Source: Nitrosomonas europaea
GTDB lineage: Bacteria > Pseudomonadota > Gammaproteobacteria > Burkholderiales > Nitrosomonadaceae
Reading direction: 5' to 3'
Length of the DNA stretch: 32,000 nucleotides
Assembly: GCF_900167395.1 (NCBI RefSeq)
Contig: NZ_FUWK01000001.1
Location: 30,001 to 62,000, forward strand
Under the pieces are notes generated by a model that saw nothing but the letters and a program-made list of their open reading frames with translations, ran no database searches and was not told the DNA's origin. Shown here one piece after another: positions 18,585-27,586 of the stretch (position 1 is its first letter; each line of letters begins with the position of its first letter). The translations under genes were made by a program, and so were the position numbers.

Positions 18585-18739
18585 TTTTCGAGTCAAAGAC
18601 CCTTTAGAAATCGTTCTCATGGAAACATTATTCATCATAAATCTATTATCAATTGAAGAATTACGATCCGCAATGAGTAACTCTCTGCGCTTAACGCTAT
18701 GCATAACAGGCCGGCCGGATACTCACCATCAGCGTTGCC

Positions 18740-21700
18740 ATGATGAATGATCGTGTATCAGCATGGCTGGATAGCCTTGGTCTCACTGTATATCACGAGT
18801 CGTTTGAGCACAATGCGATCACTTGGGATGTCCTGCCCGAGCTGAATGAAGACGATCTGGAGGCGCTGGGTGTCTTACTGGGGCATCGGAAAATACTCTT
18901 GCGTGCAATCGCGCAATTGTCACAGAACACTGCAAGTCCAGGCCCGGGATCTATACTCGCTGGCGTTATTCCGGAAGAACAATCATTCCCTCTCGAACGA
19001 AATCAGGCAGAACGTCGCCAGTTAACGGTAATGTTTTGCGATCTTGTGGATTCGACGGCACTATCCTGCCGGCTGGACCCTGAAGACCTCCAGGATGTGA
19101 TCCGGCAATTTTTAGTTGCCTGCAGCCAGGCGATTGGCCGACTCAATGGCTATGTCGCAAAATATATGGGAGATGGAATACTGGCTTATTTTGGGTACCC
19201 TCATGCTCACGAAAATGATGCGGAACGAGCCGTACATGCCGGCCTCGCTATTCTGGATACAGTGAAGGTATTTAATCTGAACAATCCCCATCCACAGCTT
19301 AGTATTGCTGCTCGAATCGGGATCGCTACCGGTCAAGTCGTAGTCGGTGAACTAATGGGGCAGGACACTGCCACGGAACGGTCAGTGTTCGGTGAAACGC
19401 CGAATCTTGCCGCCCGCCTCCAGGCACTGGCTAAACCCGGTCAATTGATCATCGATCTGGCGACAAAACGGCTTGTCGGAAATGAATTCGAGTTCTCGGA
19501 TCTTGGTGCTTCCTCGCTGAAAGGATTCGATACACCTGTCCACGCCTGGCAAGTTCTGAGTATCAAGCCATCAGCCAGCCGATTTGAATCCTATCGATCC
19601 GGCCAGTTAACCAAATTCGTAGGCAGAGAACAGGAGATTTCACTCCTGTTGGGCCGTTGGCATGAGGCCGTCAGCGGTGAAGGACAGGTCGTGCTCCTAA
19701 GCGGTGAAGCCGGTATCGGAAAATCGAGAATCGCCTGTAGCTTGCGTGACCACCTTGCAGATGAACGACACCAGGTAATTCAATTTCAATGTTCACCGTA
19801 CCACATTAATACAGCGCTCTATCCGGTGATCAATTTTTTGCGACAGGCAGCAGGATTCGCAAATCAGGACAGTGCCGAGACACAACTGAACAAGCTCGAT
19901 GCCATGGCCGCCAAAAGCGGGATTGATGATCCGAAGACGGTTTCATTGCTGGCCGATCTGCTCTTGATCCGGGGAGATCATCGCTACCCGCCGCTCAATG
20001 TGTCATCCGAAAAACGCAAGGACATGACGCTGGAAGCGCTCGTGCAGCATCTGCAAAAGCTGGCTGGTCATTGCCCCCTGTTGTTCATTGTGGAAGATGC
20101 CCATTGGCTTGATCCGACCACGCTGGAACTCATAACACGAATCATTGGCCATATCCGGCAGATGCGCATGTTGCTGCTAATCACATCTCGACCCGGCTTC
20201 AAACCGGTATGGGCGGAATATAGTTATGTGACATCCCTGACGCTCAGTCGGCTTCCACGCCGACATAGTGCTGAGCTCATTACGACGATGGCAGGAGGAA
20301 AAGTGCTTCCACCCGAAGTACAGCAGGCAATTCTGGCCAAGGCTGATGGCATACCTCTTTATATCGAAACGTTGACGGAAAATGTGCTTGGATCAGGGCT
20401 GCTGACTGAGGGAAACGATTCATTTACCTTGCAGGGTCCAGTAAAGAAATTGCCCATTCCGGACAGTCTGCAAGCCTTGCTCATGGAACGGGTGGATCGG
20501 TTAGGATCAGCCAGGGAAATTGTCCAGGCCGGTGCAGCAATAGGGCGTGAATTCACCTACGAGCTGCTGCAGGCCACTGTTGAAGTGCCGGACAGCGAGT
20601 TGAAGGATGCACTTGATCTGTTTGTTGCTTCCGGACTCGTTCTGCAAGAGGGCGAGATCCCTCTTGCGACATACTACTTTAAGCATGCACTGGTCCAGGA
20701 AGCTGCCTACAGCATGCTGCCCAGGAAACTCCGGCGAGCACTTCATGCCCGCATTGCCAAGGCCCTGGAGAGCCGGTTCTCCGAACGGGTAAGCATGGAA
20801 CCGGAACTCCTGGCTTATCACTATGAGCAGGCAGGATTAGCCGGTCCGGCCGTTGAATATTACCATCGTGCGGCTCGTTGCGATGTGGAACGATCAGCCA
20901 GTATCGAAGCACTCAATCATTTTAATCGGGCGCTCGAGTTGCTAAAGGAACTGCCGCAAGGCCCGGAGCGAGATACCCTGGAGCTGGAGCTCCTGATTGC
21001 ACGCGGAGTCCCGTTGCTGTCCGTCAAAGGGTATGCATCTGACGAAATGGAACATAATTATCGAAGAGCGAAGGATTTGTTACAGGAGCACAGCAGTTTC
21101 GTACATCAGTTCCGAGCCATTCGGGGATTATGGGTCTTTCATCTGGTCAGAGGGCAACTCGCCAATGCGCGCGGCCTGGCCGAAGATCTCCTCGCGCTGG
21201 CTCGCCGCGAGCAAAGCCCGGAGCTACTGATTGAAGCTCACCATGCTTTGGGCGCGACCTGCTTCTACCTTGGCCAGTTTGACGAAGCCAGAACCCATTT
21301 GTTCGCCGCAAAATCTCTCGATGACTCGAATCAACATGACTCACAGGTTTTCTTCTACGGCCAGGATTCCGGAATAACCGCGCGGATTCTGCTGGCCAGG
21401 ACATTATGGATATTGGGTGAAGTCGATCAAGCTGAGACGCTGGCGTTGGAGACGATGGGCATGGCGAGAGAGTTGGAGCACCCATTCACTCGTGTTTTTA
21501 CTCTCATTTTCCTTGCCTGGATCTATTCCGGTGCCCACAATGCGGAGAAAACGCTGGAAATCACCAATGAAGCGATCGCAATTTCAACACAATACTCATT
21601 TGAATTGGGGTTGGCGTGGGCGACCGCCTCGCAAGGCTGGGCGTTGGCCGACACCGGGCAAGAGGAAGGTATCGCCAAGTTAATTGACGGGCTTTCCGCC

Positions 21701-22135
21701 ACCCGGGCCACAGGAGCGCGTATCCACGACTCTTGTACCTTGGCGTTGCTGGCGGAAGTTTATTTGCGTAGAAATAGAATTGACGAAGGCCTGGCTGCCA
21801 TTGAGGAAGCGCAGAAGCTTGCTGTCACTGGGGGAGCATTATTCTGGCAAGCGGAATTGTTTCGACTGAAAGGCGAACTGCTGCAGGAACAGTCCGGCGA
21901 ATCAGTCCAGGAAGCAGAAGAGTGTTTGTGTGAAGCCTTAAAGATTGCGCAGGATCAGCATGCAACAATGCTTGAACTTCGAGCTGCCACGAGCCTGGCT
22001 AAACTTTGGAGAAAACTCAATAAAATAGATAATGCCAAATACATCTTAAATGATGTGTACTTCAGATTCAGCGAATGCACCGACAACCTCGACTTGATTG
22101 AAGCGAAAACAGTTCTTGAACAACTTGGTGTATGA
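18740..22135 (+). CDS. SAM domain + class III adenylate/guanylate cyclase + AAA_16/STAND NTPase + TPR array protein
   Basis: A SAM-like domain lies at aa 5-60 (VSAWLDSLGLTVYHESFEHNAITWDVLPELNEDDLEALGV). The cyclase motifs are RRQLTVMFCDLVDST, KYMGDGILAYFG, RIGIATGQVVVGE and FGETPNLAARL. Walker A is GEAGIGKS (19703-19726) and Walker B is LLFIVEDAHWLD. The C-terminal ~440 aa are TPR-like helical repeats. No HTH output domain is present. Confidence 0.9.
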   Translation: MMNDRVSAWLDSLGLTVYHESFEHNAITWDVLPELNEDDLEALGVLLGHRKILLRAIAQLSQNTASPGPGSILAGVIPEEQSFPLERNQAERRQLTVMFCDLVDSTALSCRLDPEDLQDVIRQFLVACSQAIGRLNGYVAKYMGDGILAYFGYPHAHENDAERAVHAGLAILDTVKVFNLNNPHPQLSIAARIGIATGQVVVGELMGQDTATERSVFGETPNLAARLQALAKPGQLIIDLATKRLVGNEFEFSDLGASSLKGFDTPVHAWQVLSIKPSASRFESYRSGQLTKFVGREQEISLLLGRWHEAVSGEGQVVLLSGEAGIGKSRIACSLRDHLADERHQVIQFQCSPYHINTALYPVINFLRQAAGFANQDSAETQLNKLDAMAAKSGIDDPKTVSLLADLLLIRGDHRYPPLNVSSEKRKDMTLEALVQHLQKLAGHCPLLFIVEDAHWLDPTTLELITRIIGHIRQMRMLLLITSRPGFKPVWAEYSYVTSLTLSRLPRRHSAELITTMAGGKVLPPEVQQAILAKADGIPLYIETLTENVLGSGLLTEGNDSFTLQGPVKKLPIPDSLQALLMERVDRLGSAREIVQAGAAIGREFTYELLQATVEVPDSELKDALDLFVASGLVLQEGEIPLATYYFKHALVQEAAYSMLPRKLRRALHARIAKALESRFSERVSMEPELLAYHYEQAGLAGPAVEYYHRAARCDVERSASIEALNHFNRALELLKELPQGPERDTLELELLIARGVPLLSVKGYASDEMEHNYRRAKDLLQEHSSFVHQFRAIRGLWVFHLVRGQLANARGLAEDLLALARREQSPELLIEAHHALGATCFYLGQFDEARTHLFAAKSLDDSNQHDSQVFFYGQDSGITARILLARTLWILGEVDQAETLALETMGMARELEHPFTRVFTLIFLAWIYSGAHNAEKTLEITNEAIAISTQYSFELGLAWATASQGWALADTGQEEGIAKLIDGLSATRATGARIHDSCTLALLAEVYLRRNRIDEGLAAIEEAQKLAVTGGALFWQAELFRLKGELLQEQSGESVQEAEECLCEALKIAQDQHATMLELRAATSLAKLWRKLNKIDNAKYILNDVYFRFSECTDNLDLIEAKTVLEQLGV

Positions 22136-22267
22136 AATCGCTGCTGGAGCTGGAGCACCAAGAAAAATTCCTACCCGGTTGGTCTGCAACAAAACTGAAA
22201 ATCAGTTAATAATAAAATAAAACATGCCTAAAAAACCACAACAACAGGCTCTATACACATCTATCAT

Positions 22268-23326
22268 TCATTCCCTCATCGTTTCCATATATTGTGTGTG
22301 CAGATGCCGGAGCAAAACGAGCAAAACTGCGCTGACCGGCAGTGCCAGCAAAATTCCGATAAAGCCAAACAGCTGGCCGAAAGCGAGTAATGCAAAAATT
22401 ACCGCTACCGGATGCAGGCCGATACGCTCCCCCACCAGACGGGGGGTAATCAGCATGCTTTCCAGCAGTTGTCCTGATCCCACCACCACCCAGACTGCGA
22501 TTACGCCACTCCATTCCTGAAATTGCGTAATGGCAGCAAAGGTTGCCAGTGCAAGCCCGGTGATAGTTCCTAAGTAAGGTACAAATACCAGAATCCCGGA
22601 TATCAATCCGATCGGCAAGGCAAATTCCAGTTTGACCAGCCATAGCCCTGTCACATAGTAGATGCTCATGATGGTGATGACCGCTGTTTCCCCGCGCATG
22701 AATTCGGCCAGTACGTCATCGGTTTCCCTTGCCAACGTAAAAATCTGTTTTTGCCAGACAGGTGGAATCAGTTCTCCCACTTGCCTGATCAGGTTATTCC
22801 AGTCGCGCAACAAGTAAAACAATACAACCGGCACCAGCACCAGATTCATCAGGAACGTGAGGAGGATCAGGCCACCGCTTTTCAGCGAAGGCAGCATTTG
22901 CGCAGCCACGCCCCCGGCACTTTTCCAGTGCTCTGTCAGCATCTGTTTGAGCGAGGCAATATCGATCTGAAGCTCGACATTAAAATTATCTTCCAGCCAG
23001 GGAATAAACTGGCTCTTCACCAGATCGAGAAAAGACGGGATTCGCTCAACCAATCGTGAAACTTCTTTTTCGAACAATGGAAACAGAATCAGCGCCATGG
23101 CGATGAATATTCCCATGGTCATGAGCATCACGAAGATCGTGCTCAGGGTTCTGGGAATTTTTCTGGCTTCGAGCCAGGTAACCAACGGATTACAGATATA
23201 GGCAATGACGGCCGCCAATAAAAAAGGAGTCAGAATGGGACTGAGCAGATAGATCAGCGCACTGACCACACCAATGACTGTCAAGTACCAGAAGAGACGG
23301 GAATCCGGGGAATATTTGTCGTTCAT
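22268..23326 (-). CDS. perM: AI-2E family transporter (PerM/YhhT, UPF0118) permease
   Basis: A 352-aa polytopic membrane protein. Family-typical blocks include FLLAAVIAYICNPLV, FVPYLGTITG and ITPRLVGERIGLHPV. It is divergent from purM, as in E. coli. Confidence 0.85.
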   Translation of the reverse strand: MNDKYSPDSRLFWYLTVIGVVSALIYLLSPILTPFLLAAVIAYICNPLVTWLEARKIPRTLSTIFVMLMTMGIFIAMALILFPLFEKEVSRLVERIPSFLDLVKSQFIPWLEDNFNVELQIDIASLKQMLTEHWKSAGGVAAQMLPSLKSGGLILLTFLMNLVLVPVVLFYLLRDWNNLIRQVGELIPPVWQKQIFTLARETDDVLAEFMRGETAVITIMSIYYVTGLWLVKLEFALPIGLISGILVFVPYLGTITGLALATFAAITQFQEWSGVIAVWVVVGSGQLLESMLITPRLVGERIGLHPVAVIFALLAFGQLFGFIGILLALPVSAVLLVLLRHLHTQYMETMRE

Positions 23327-23385
23327 TTACGGTAAAATCATGCCTCAAAAGCTGCACTCTAGCCTTAACACTGTGAGAACTCAAC

Positions 23386-24444
23386 TTGACTGCGTCCAAC
23401 CCTGCAAACCCTGATAAAAACCCGATTTCCTACCGTTCATCCGGTGTTGATATCGATGCCGGAAATCGTCTGGTGGAAAGGATCAAACCATTTGCACGGC
23501 GCACTATGCGCCCGGAGGCACTGGGGGGTATCGGCGGATTCGGGGCATTATTCGAAGTACCTGGAAAATACCGGCAGCCGGTGCTGGTATCAGGCACGGA
23601 TGGCGTAGGCACCAAACTCAAGCTGGCTTTCCAGTATGCGCGACATGCAACCATTGGTATCGATCTGGTTGCGATGAGCGTGAACGATATTCTGGTACAG
23701 GGTGCTGAGCCACTGTTTTTTCTGGACTATTTCGCCTGTGGAAAATTGGATGTGGAAATTGCCACCCAGGTGGTTCAGGGAATTGCACACGGCTGTGAAG
23801 ATGCCGGTTGTGCGCTGATTGGAGGTGAAACGGCAGAGATGCCTGGTATGTATCCCGAAGGAGAATATGATCTTGCAGGCTTTGCTGTCGGCGTGGTGGA
23901 AAAAGATCGGATCATCGATGGTTCCGGCATCAGAGAGAACGATATCGTACTGGGAATCGCCTCGAGCGGTCCGCATTCCAATGGATTCTCACTAATCCGT
24001 AAAATTCTTGATCTGAATACAGTGCAATCTGACACTCGTCTTGGTGAAACCAGTCTTATCGATGCGCTTCTGACACCGACCCGTATTTATGTGAAATCCC
24101 TGTTGACGTTGATGGCAGAATTGCCCGTCAAGGGATTGGCACATATTACCGGTGGCGGATTACTGGAGAACATTCCGCGTGTTCTGCCCGACGGCGTCAT
24201 GGCCCATATCGACAGCAGCACCTGGGTACGCCCTTCCCTGTTCGACTGGTTGCAACAACATGGCAATGTGGCCAGGGAAGAAATGCTGCGTGTTTTCAAT
24301 TGCGGCATCGGTATGGTTGTGGTCATTGCTCCGGAACACGCTCAAACTGCCATCGAAATTTTGCACAACGCGGGTGAAACTGTGTGGCAGATCGGCGAAA
24401 TCAGACCTCGTCAATCCGAAACACTCCCCATCGTCATTGCCTGA
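23386..24444 (+). CDS. purM: phosphoribosylformylglycinamidine cyclo-ligase (AIR synthetase)
   Basis: Motifs [47 protein letters not shown] and [11 protein letters not shown]. The only in-frame start near the conserved N-terminus is TTG 23386. Confidence 0.95.
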
Positions 24445-24455
24445 AAGAAGGCGCC

Positions 24456-25088
24456 ATGAAATCAGTAGTCATCCTTATTTCCGGTCGCGGCAGCAACATG
24501 CAGGCAATACTGGAAGCCGGATTGCCGGTCGCCGCGGTGATCAGCAACAATCCAGCGGCAGAAGGATTGATGTTTGCTCAGACCCGTGGTATCCCGACTC
24601 AGGTAATCGATCATCGTACGTTTCCAGACCGGAAAGCGTTTGATGCTGCGCTGGCAGAAACCATCGATACCTATCAGCCTGATCTGGTCGTCCTGGCCGG
24701 TTTCATGCGTATTCTATCGGAAGCATTCGTAGATCATTACCAGGGCAGGCTGGTCAATATCCACCCTTCCCTGTTGCCGGCATTTCCCGGGCTTGATACG
24801 CATACACGCGCATTGCAGGAAGGAGTCAAAATCCACGGCTGCACGGTTCATTTCGTTACATCGCAACTGGATCACGGCCCCATCATCGCCCAGGCTGCCA
24901 TACCGGTGTTGACTGATGACACCCCGACAATGCTTGCCACGAGAGTACTCGCTCAGGAACATCGTATTTACCCGCAGGCCGTGCGCTGGTTTCTGCAAGG
25001 GCAATTGACTCTGGTGGAAAACCGTGTCGAAATCAAAACAACCAGTGACAGTCAGGAGGTTTTATATTCACCCGGGATCGAGCCATGA
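24456..25088 (+). CDS. purN: phosphoribosylglycinamide formyltransferase
   Basis: MKSVVILISGRGSNMQAIL, LAGFMRIL, NIHPSLLP and the GCTVHFV...LDHGPII catalytic block. ATG 24456 is preferred over the ORF-track start at 24384, which overlaps the purM 3' end. Confidence 0.93.
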   Translation: MKSVVILISGRGSNMQAILEAGLPVAAVISNNPAAEGLMFAQTRGIPTQVIDHRTFPDRKAFDAALAETIDTYQPDLVVLAGFMRILSEAFVDHYQGRLVNIHPSLLPAFPGLDTHTRALQEGVKIHGCTVHFVTSQLDHGPIIAQAAIPVLTDDTPTMLATRVLAQEHRIYPQAVRWFLQGQLTLVENRVEIKTTSDSQEVLYSPGIEP

Positions 25089-25810
25089 AACTGCTGTTAT
25101 CCATCGCTCTGTTTTTCTGGGTGGGCATGGTCGCCCACGCAGAAAATTTACCTGAACGCATTGATATCGAATATGTCCTCAATGGCAGTATCGGGCAGGG
25201 GAAAGCACACGAAATACTGCGCGTACGGCAGGAAAATGGTGTCCAGCATTACACCATCGATAGCGAAGCTTCAGCCAGCGGCATTCTAAAATTGATCAAA
25301 CGTGGCAGTATTCATCGCCACAGCGAGGGTACAATCATTCCGCACACGGGAATGAAACCGTTTCGGTTTACAGATCAGCGTGGTGAAAAACCGGCACGTG
25401 AAGTCGAATTCGACTGGAGCGAGCAGCGCATCATTTATCGCCGCAAAGGCCAGGAGATGACGGAAAATCTGCCGAGTGGAACACTCGATGAATTAAGCCT
25501 GGCCTATCACTTCATGTTCACTGCCCCTCCCAGGCAAACACTGGTTGTGCATGAGACCGATTACCACACTCTGCAAACAACCCGTTACACCGTTACCCGG
25601 GAAATGCTGGATACACCGATAGGCAAACTTGCCACGATCGTACTTACAAAGCAACGAGAACAGAATGATCCGTTCAAAAAGAAAATCTGGCTCGCAACGG
25701 ATCATCACCTGCTGCCGGTACGCATTATTTCTACCGAAAAACACGGACTGGAAGTCGATCAGATCGTCACAAAAATCAACTACTCACCGCTGGTAAATTC
25801 TGCCCGGTGA
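25085..25810 (+). CDS. DUF3108-like periplasmic/outer-membrane protein
   Basis: Signal peptide MKLLLSIALFFWVGMVAHA followed by a beta-rich sequence. The ATGA start/stop overlap with purN at 25085-25088 implies translational coupling. The position after purN is typical for DUF3108 in betaproteobacteria, from memory. Confidence 0.65.
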   Translation: MKLLLSIALFFWVGMVAHAENLPERIDIEYVLNGSIGQGKAHEILRVRQENGVQHYTIDSEASASGILKLIKRGSIHRHSEGTIIPHTGMKPFRFTDQRGEKPAREVEFDWSEQRIIYRRKGQEMTENLPSGTLDELSLAYHFMFTAPPRQTLVVHETDYHTLQTTRYTVTREMLDTPIGKLATIVLTKQREQNDPFKKKIWLATDHHLLPVRIISTEKHGLEVDQIVTKINYSPLVNSAR

Positions 25811-25823
25811 CCCCTCCAAACTT

Positions 25824-27083
25824 ATGCGACTGACACCCGAACGACTGGATCTGCTGATTGCTGCCGTGCGCAAGATACTGCCTCTGCAAGCCCCGGCAGA
25901 TGTACTGCTGCGGCAATTCTTTCAGGATCATCACAAACTGGGACAAAATGACCGGGGCACAATTGCGGAAGCCGTATTCGGGATACTACGGCGCCGTTTT
26001 TTTCTGGAAAAACTGGCAGGGAAAGCAACTGCCCGTGAACTGGTATTGGCTTATCTGACCAGATTTCAGGGCATGAATCTGCGGGAACTGGCCCCGCTCA
26101 TTCGGGAAACCGAAATCAAATGGATCCAGCAAATCAAGGCAGTCAAACTGGAAGAACAACCACTCTCCATCCGGGCAGAGTTCCCGGAATGGCTGGTGGA
26201 AAAACTGCAGAAATACCACTCGGATGAAGAAATTTTGCGCCTTGGCCAGACGCTGCAGCAGCCCGCACCGCTGGATATCCGTGTCAACAGCCTGCTTGCC
26301 AAACGTGAAGAAGTACTGGCTGCACTGGAACAGCAGGAAATTGAAGCACAACCTACCCCTTTTTCTCCCGTCGGGATTCGTATTACCGGGAAGCCGGCAA
26401 TCAACCGGAATGCGCTGTTCCTCTCCGGAAAAATTGAAGTACAGGACGAAGGCAGCCAGCTTCTGGGTTTTCTGCTCGCGCCCAAACGAGGTGAAATGGT
26501 AGTGGATTTTTGTGCAGGTGCAGGCGGCAAGACATTGCTGCTTGGTGCGCTGATGCATTCTCGTGGCCGCTTGTATGCTTTTGATGTTTCTGAAAAACGA
26601 CTCAACAATCTCAAACCACGTCTCAAACGCTCAGGATTATCCAATATCCATCCGCAGCGCATTGACAGTGAACGAGATGCCAAACTGAAACGGCTGGCAG
26701 GAAAAATTGACCGGGTAATGGTCGATGCACCATGCAGCGGGCTTGGTACTTTGCGCCGTAACCCTGATTTGAAATGGCGACAAAGCCCGGAAAGTATCGA
26801 TGAGTTGCAAAAGAAGCAAATGGCCATTCTCACGGCAGCAGCCAACCTGCTCAAACCGGGAGGCCGTCTGGTTTACGCCACCTGCAGCCTGTTACCGGAA
26901 GAAAATCAACAAATTGTCGAGCATTTTCTGGCAAATCATCCGCAATTCTCCATTCTCCACTGCGATGAGCTGCTTGCACAACAGAAAATCCACCTGCCTG
27001 ATACCGGAAAGTTTTTACAACTTTCACCGCTTTACCACAATACCGACAGCTTTTTTGCCGCCGTATTGGAACGCTCGGTATAA
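25824..27083 (+). CDS. rsmB: RsmB/Sun-family SAM-dependent rRNA cytosine-C5 methyltransferase
   Basis: The SAM motif VVDFCAGAGGKT, the catalytic motif IV DAPCSGLGTLRRNPD and motif VI LVYATCSLLPEEN are all present. Confidence 0.85.
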   Translation: MRLTPERLDLLIAAVRKILPLQAPADVLLRQFFQDHHKLGQNDRGTIAEAVFGILRRRFFLEKLAGKATARELVLAYLTRFQGMNLRELAPLIRETEIKWIQQIKAVKLEEQPLSIRAEFPEWLVEKLQKYHSDEEILRLGQTLQQPAPLDIRVNSLLAKREEVLAALEQQEIEAQPTPFSPVGIRITGKPAINRNALFLSGKIEVQDEGSQLLGFLLAPKRGEMVVDFCAGAGGKTLLLGALMHSRGRLYAFDVSEKRLNNLKPRLKRSGLSNIHPQRIDSERDAKLKRLAGKIDRVMVDAPCSGLGTLRRNPDLKWRQSPESIDELQKKQMAILTAAANLLKPGGRLVYATCSLLPEENQQIVEHFLANHPQFSILHCDELLAQQKIHLPDTGKFLQLSPLYHNTDSFFAAVLERSV

Positions 27084-27101
27084 CCAGGCCTAAAAACCAA
27101 A

Positions 27102-27129
27102 AAGGGGCCTTTTCTTTTTAAGGCCCCTT
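27102..27129. terminator. bidirectional rho-independent terminator between the convergent rsmB and thioredoxin-like genes
   Basis: A perfect 9-bp stem, aaggggcct (27102-27110) paired with aggcccctt (27121-27129), has a T-rich loop. It is flanked by an A-run upstream and T-rich sequence, so it can act on both strands. Confidence 0.7.
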
Positions 27130-27183
27130 CTAGACGCAAGCGATAACGTAACGCAGCCGCTTGCAAAGTAAATTATTTTCTTG

Positions 27184-27420
27184 TTATTTCAGATCATCGA
27201 TACCGGCACCGAAATTGATATGGAATGCCGCACCGTCGATGACGAGTGCCGGAACCGATTTCACACCTGCTTTCTCAGCTTCAGCAATACGTGCTTTATC
27301 CGTGCCCAGATGAACAATTTCGACCGTATATTTTGAAGGATCAATAGCGTTGGCGACGGCCTGTTCAGCAGATACACATACAGGACAACCCGCGTGATAA
27401 AAAATAGCTTTTGATGCCAC
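27184..27420 (-). CDS. small thioredoxin-fold redox protein (Thioredoxin_3 / redox-active disulfide protein 2-like), CPVC active site
   Basis: 78 aa: MASKAIFYHAGCPVCVSAEQ...VPALVIDG. GTG start at 27420-27418, with an AAGGAG RBS (27427-27432 on the minus strand) 6 nt upstream. Confidence 0.75.
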   Translation of the reverse strand: MASKAIFYHAGCPVCVSAEQAVANAIDPSKYTVEIVHLGTDKARIAEAEKAGVKSVPALVIDGAAFHINFGAGIDDLK

Positions 27421-27586
27421 GTTTTTCTCCTTGACTAAAAATAATTAAAACGACATTCTCTGAAGCGAAAGCTTCCTGTCGCCATTCGAAGCCCAGTAGA
27501 CTCCGACCTTTTCCAGGAAACCCGCAGCCTGATTTTAACACATTAAATCAACGTAATTATATTCAAGGGTTTGCAGATGTCATGCC

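Larger units (their letters stand above)
9142..22267. other. putative mosaic genomic island between guaA and perM, with no integrase or transposase visible
   Basis: Every gene inside is an accessory-type multidomain protein or a pseudogene, and both flanks are conserved housekeeping loci. Spot GC counts on single 60-nt lines are 60% (12301-12360) and 65% (13201-13260) inside the helicase gene, against 47% (8401-8460) in guaA. AT-rich seams occur at 9142-9420 and 16160-16362. The boundaries are approximate. Confidence 0.55.

Noticed and set aside
26066-26854. A 262-aa minus-strand ORF and a 190-aa one (25986-26558), both antisense to rsmB.
   Set aside because: The plus frame carries the complete RsmB methyltransferase motifs. 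The antisense translations are Ser/Arg/Cys-rich low-complexity sequence with no start-site signals.
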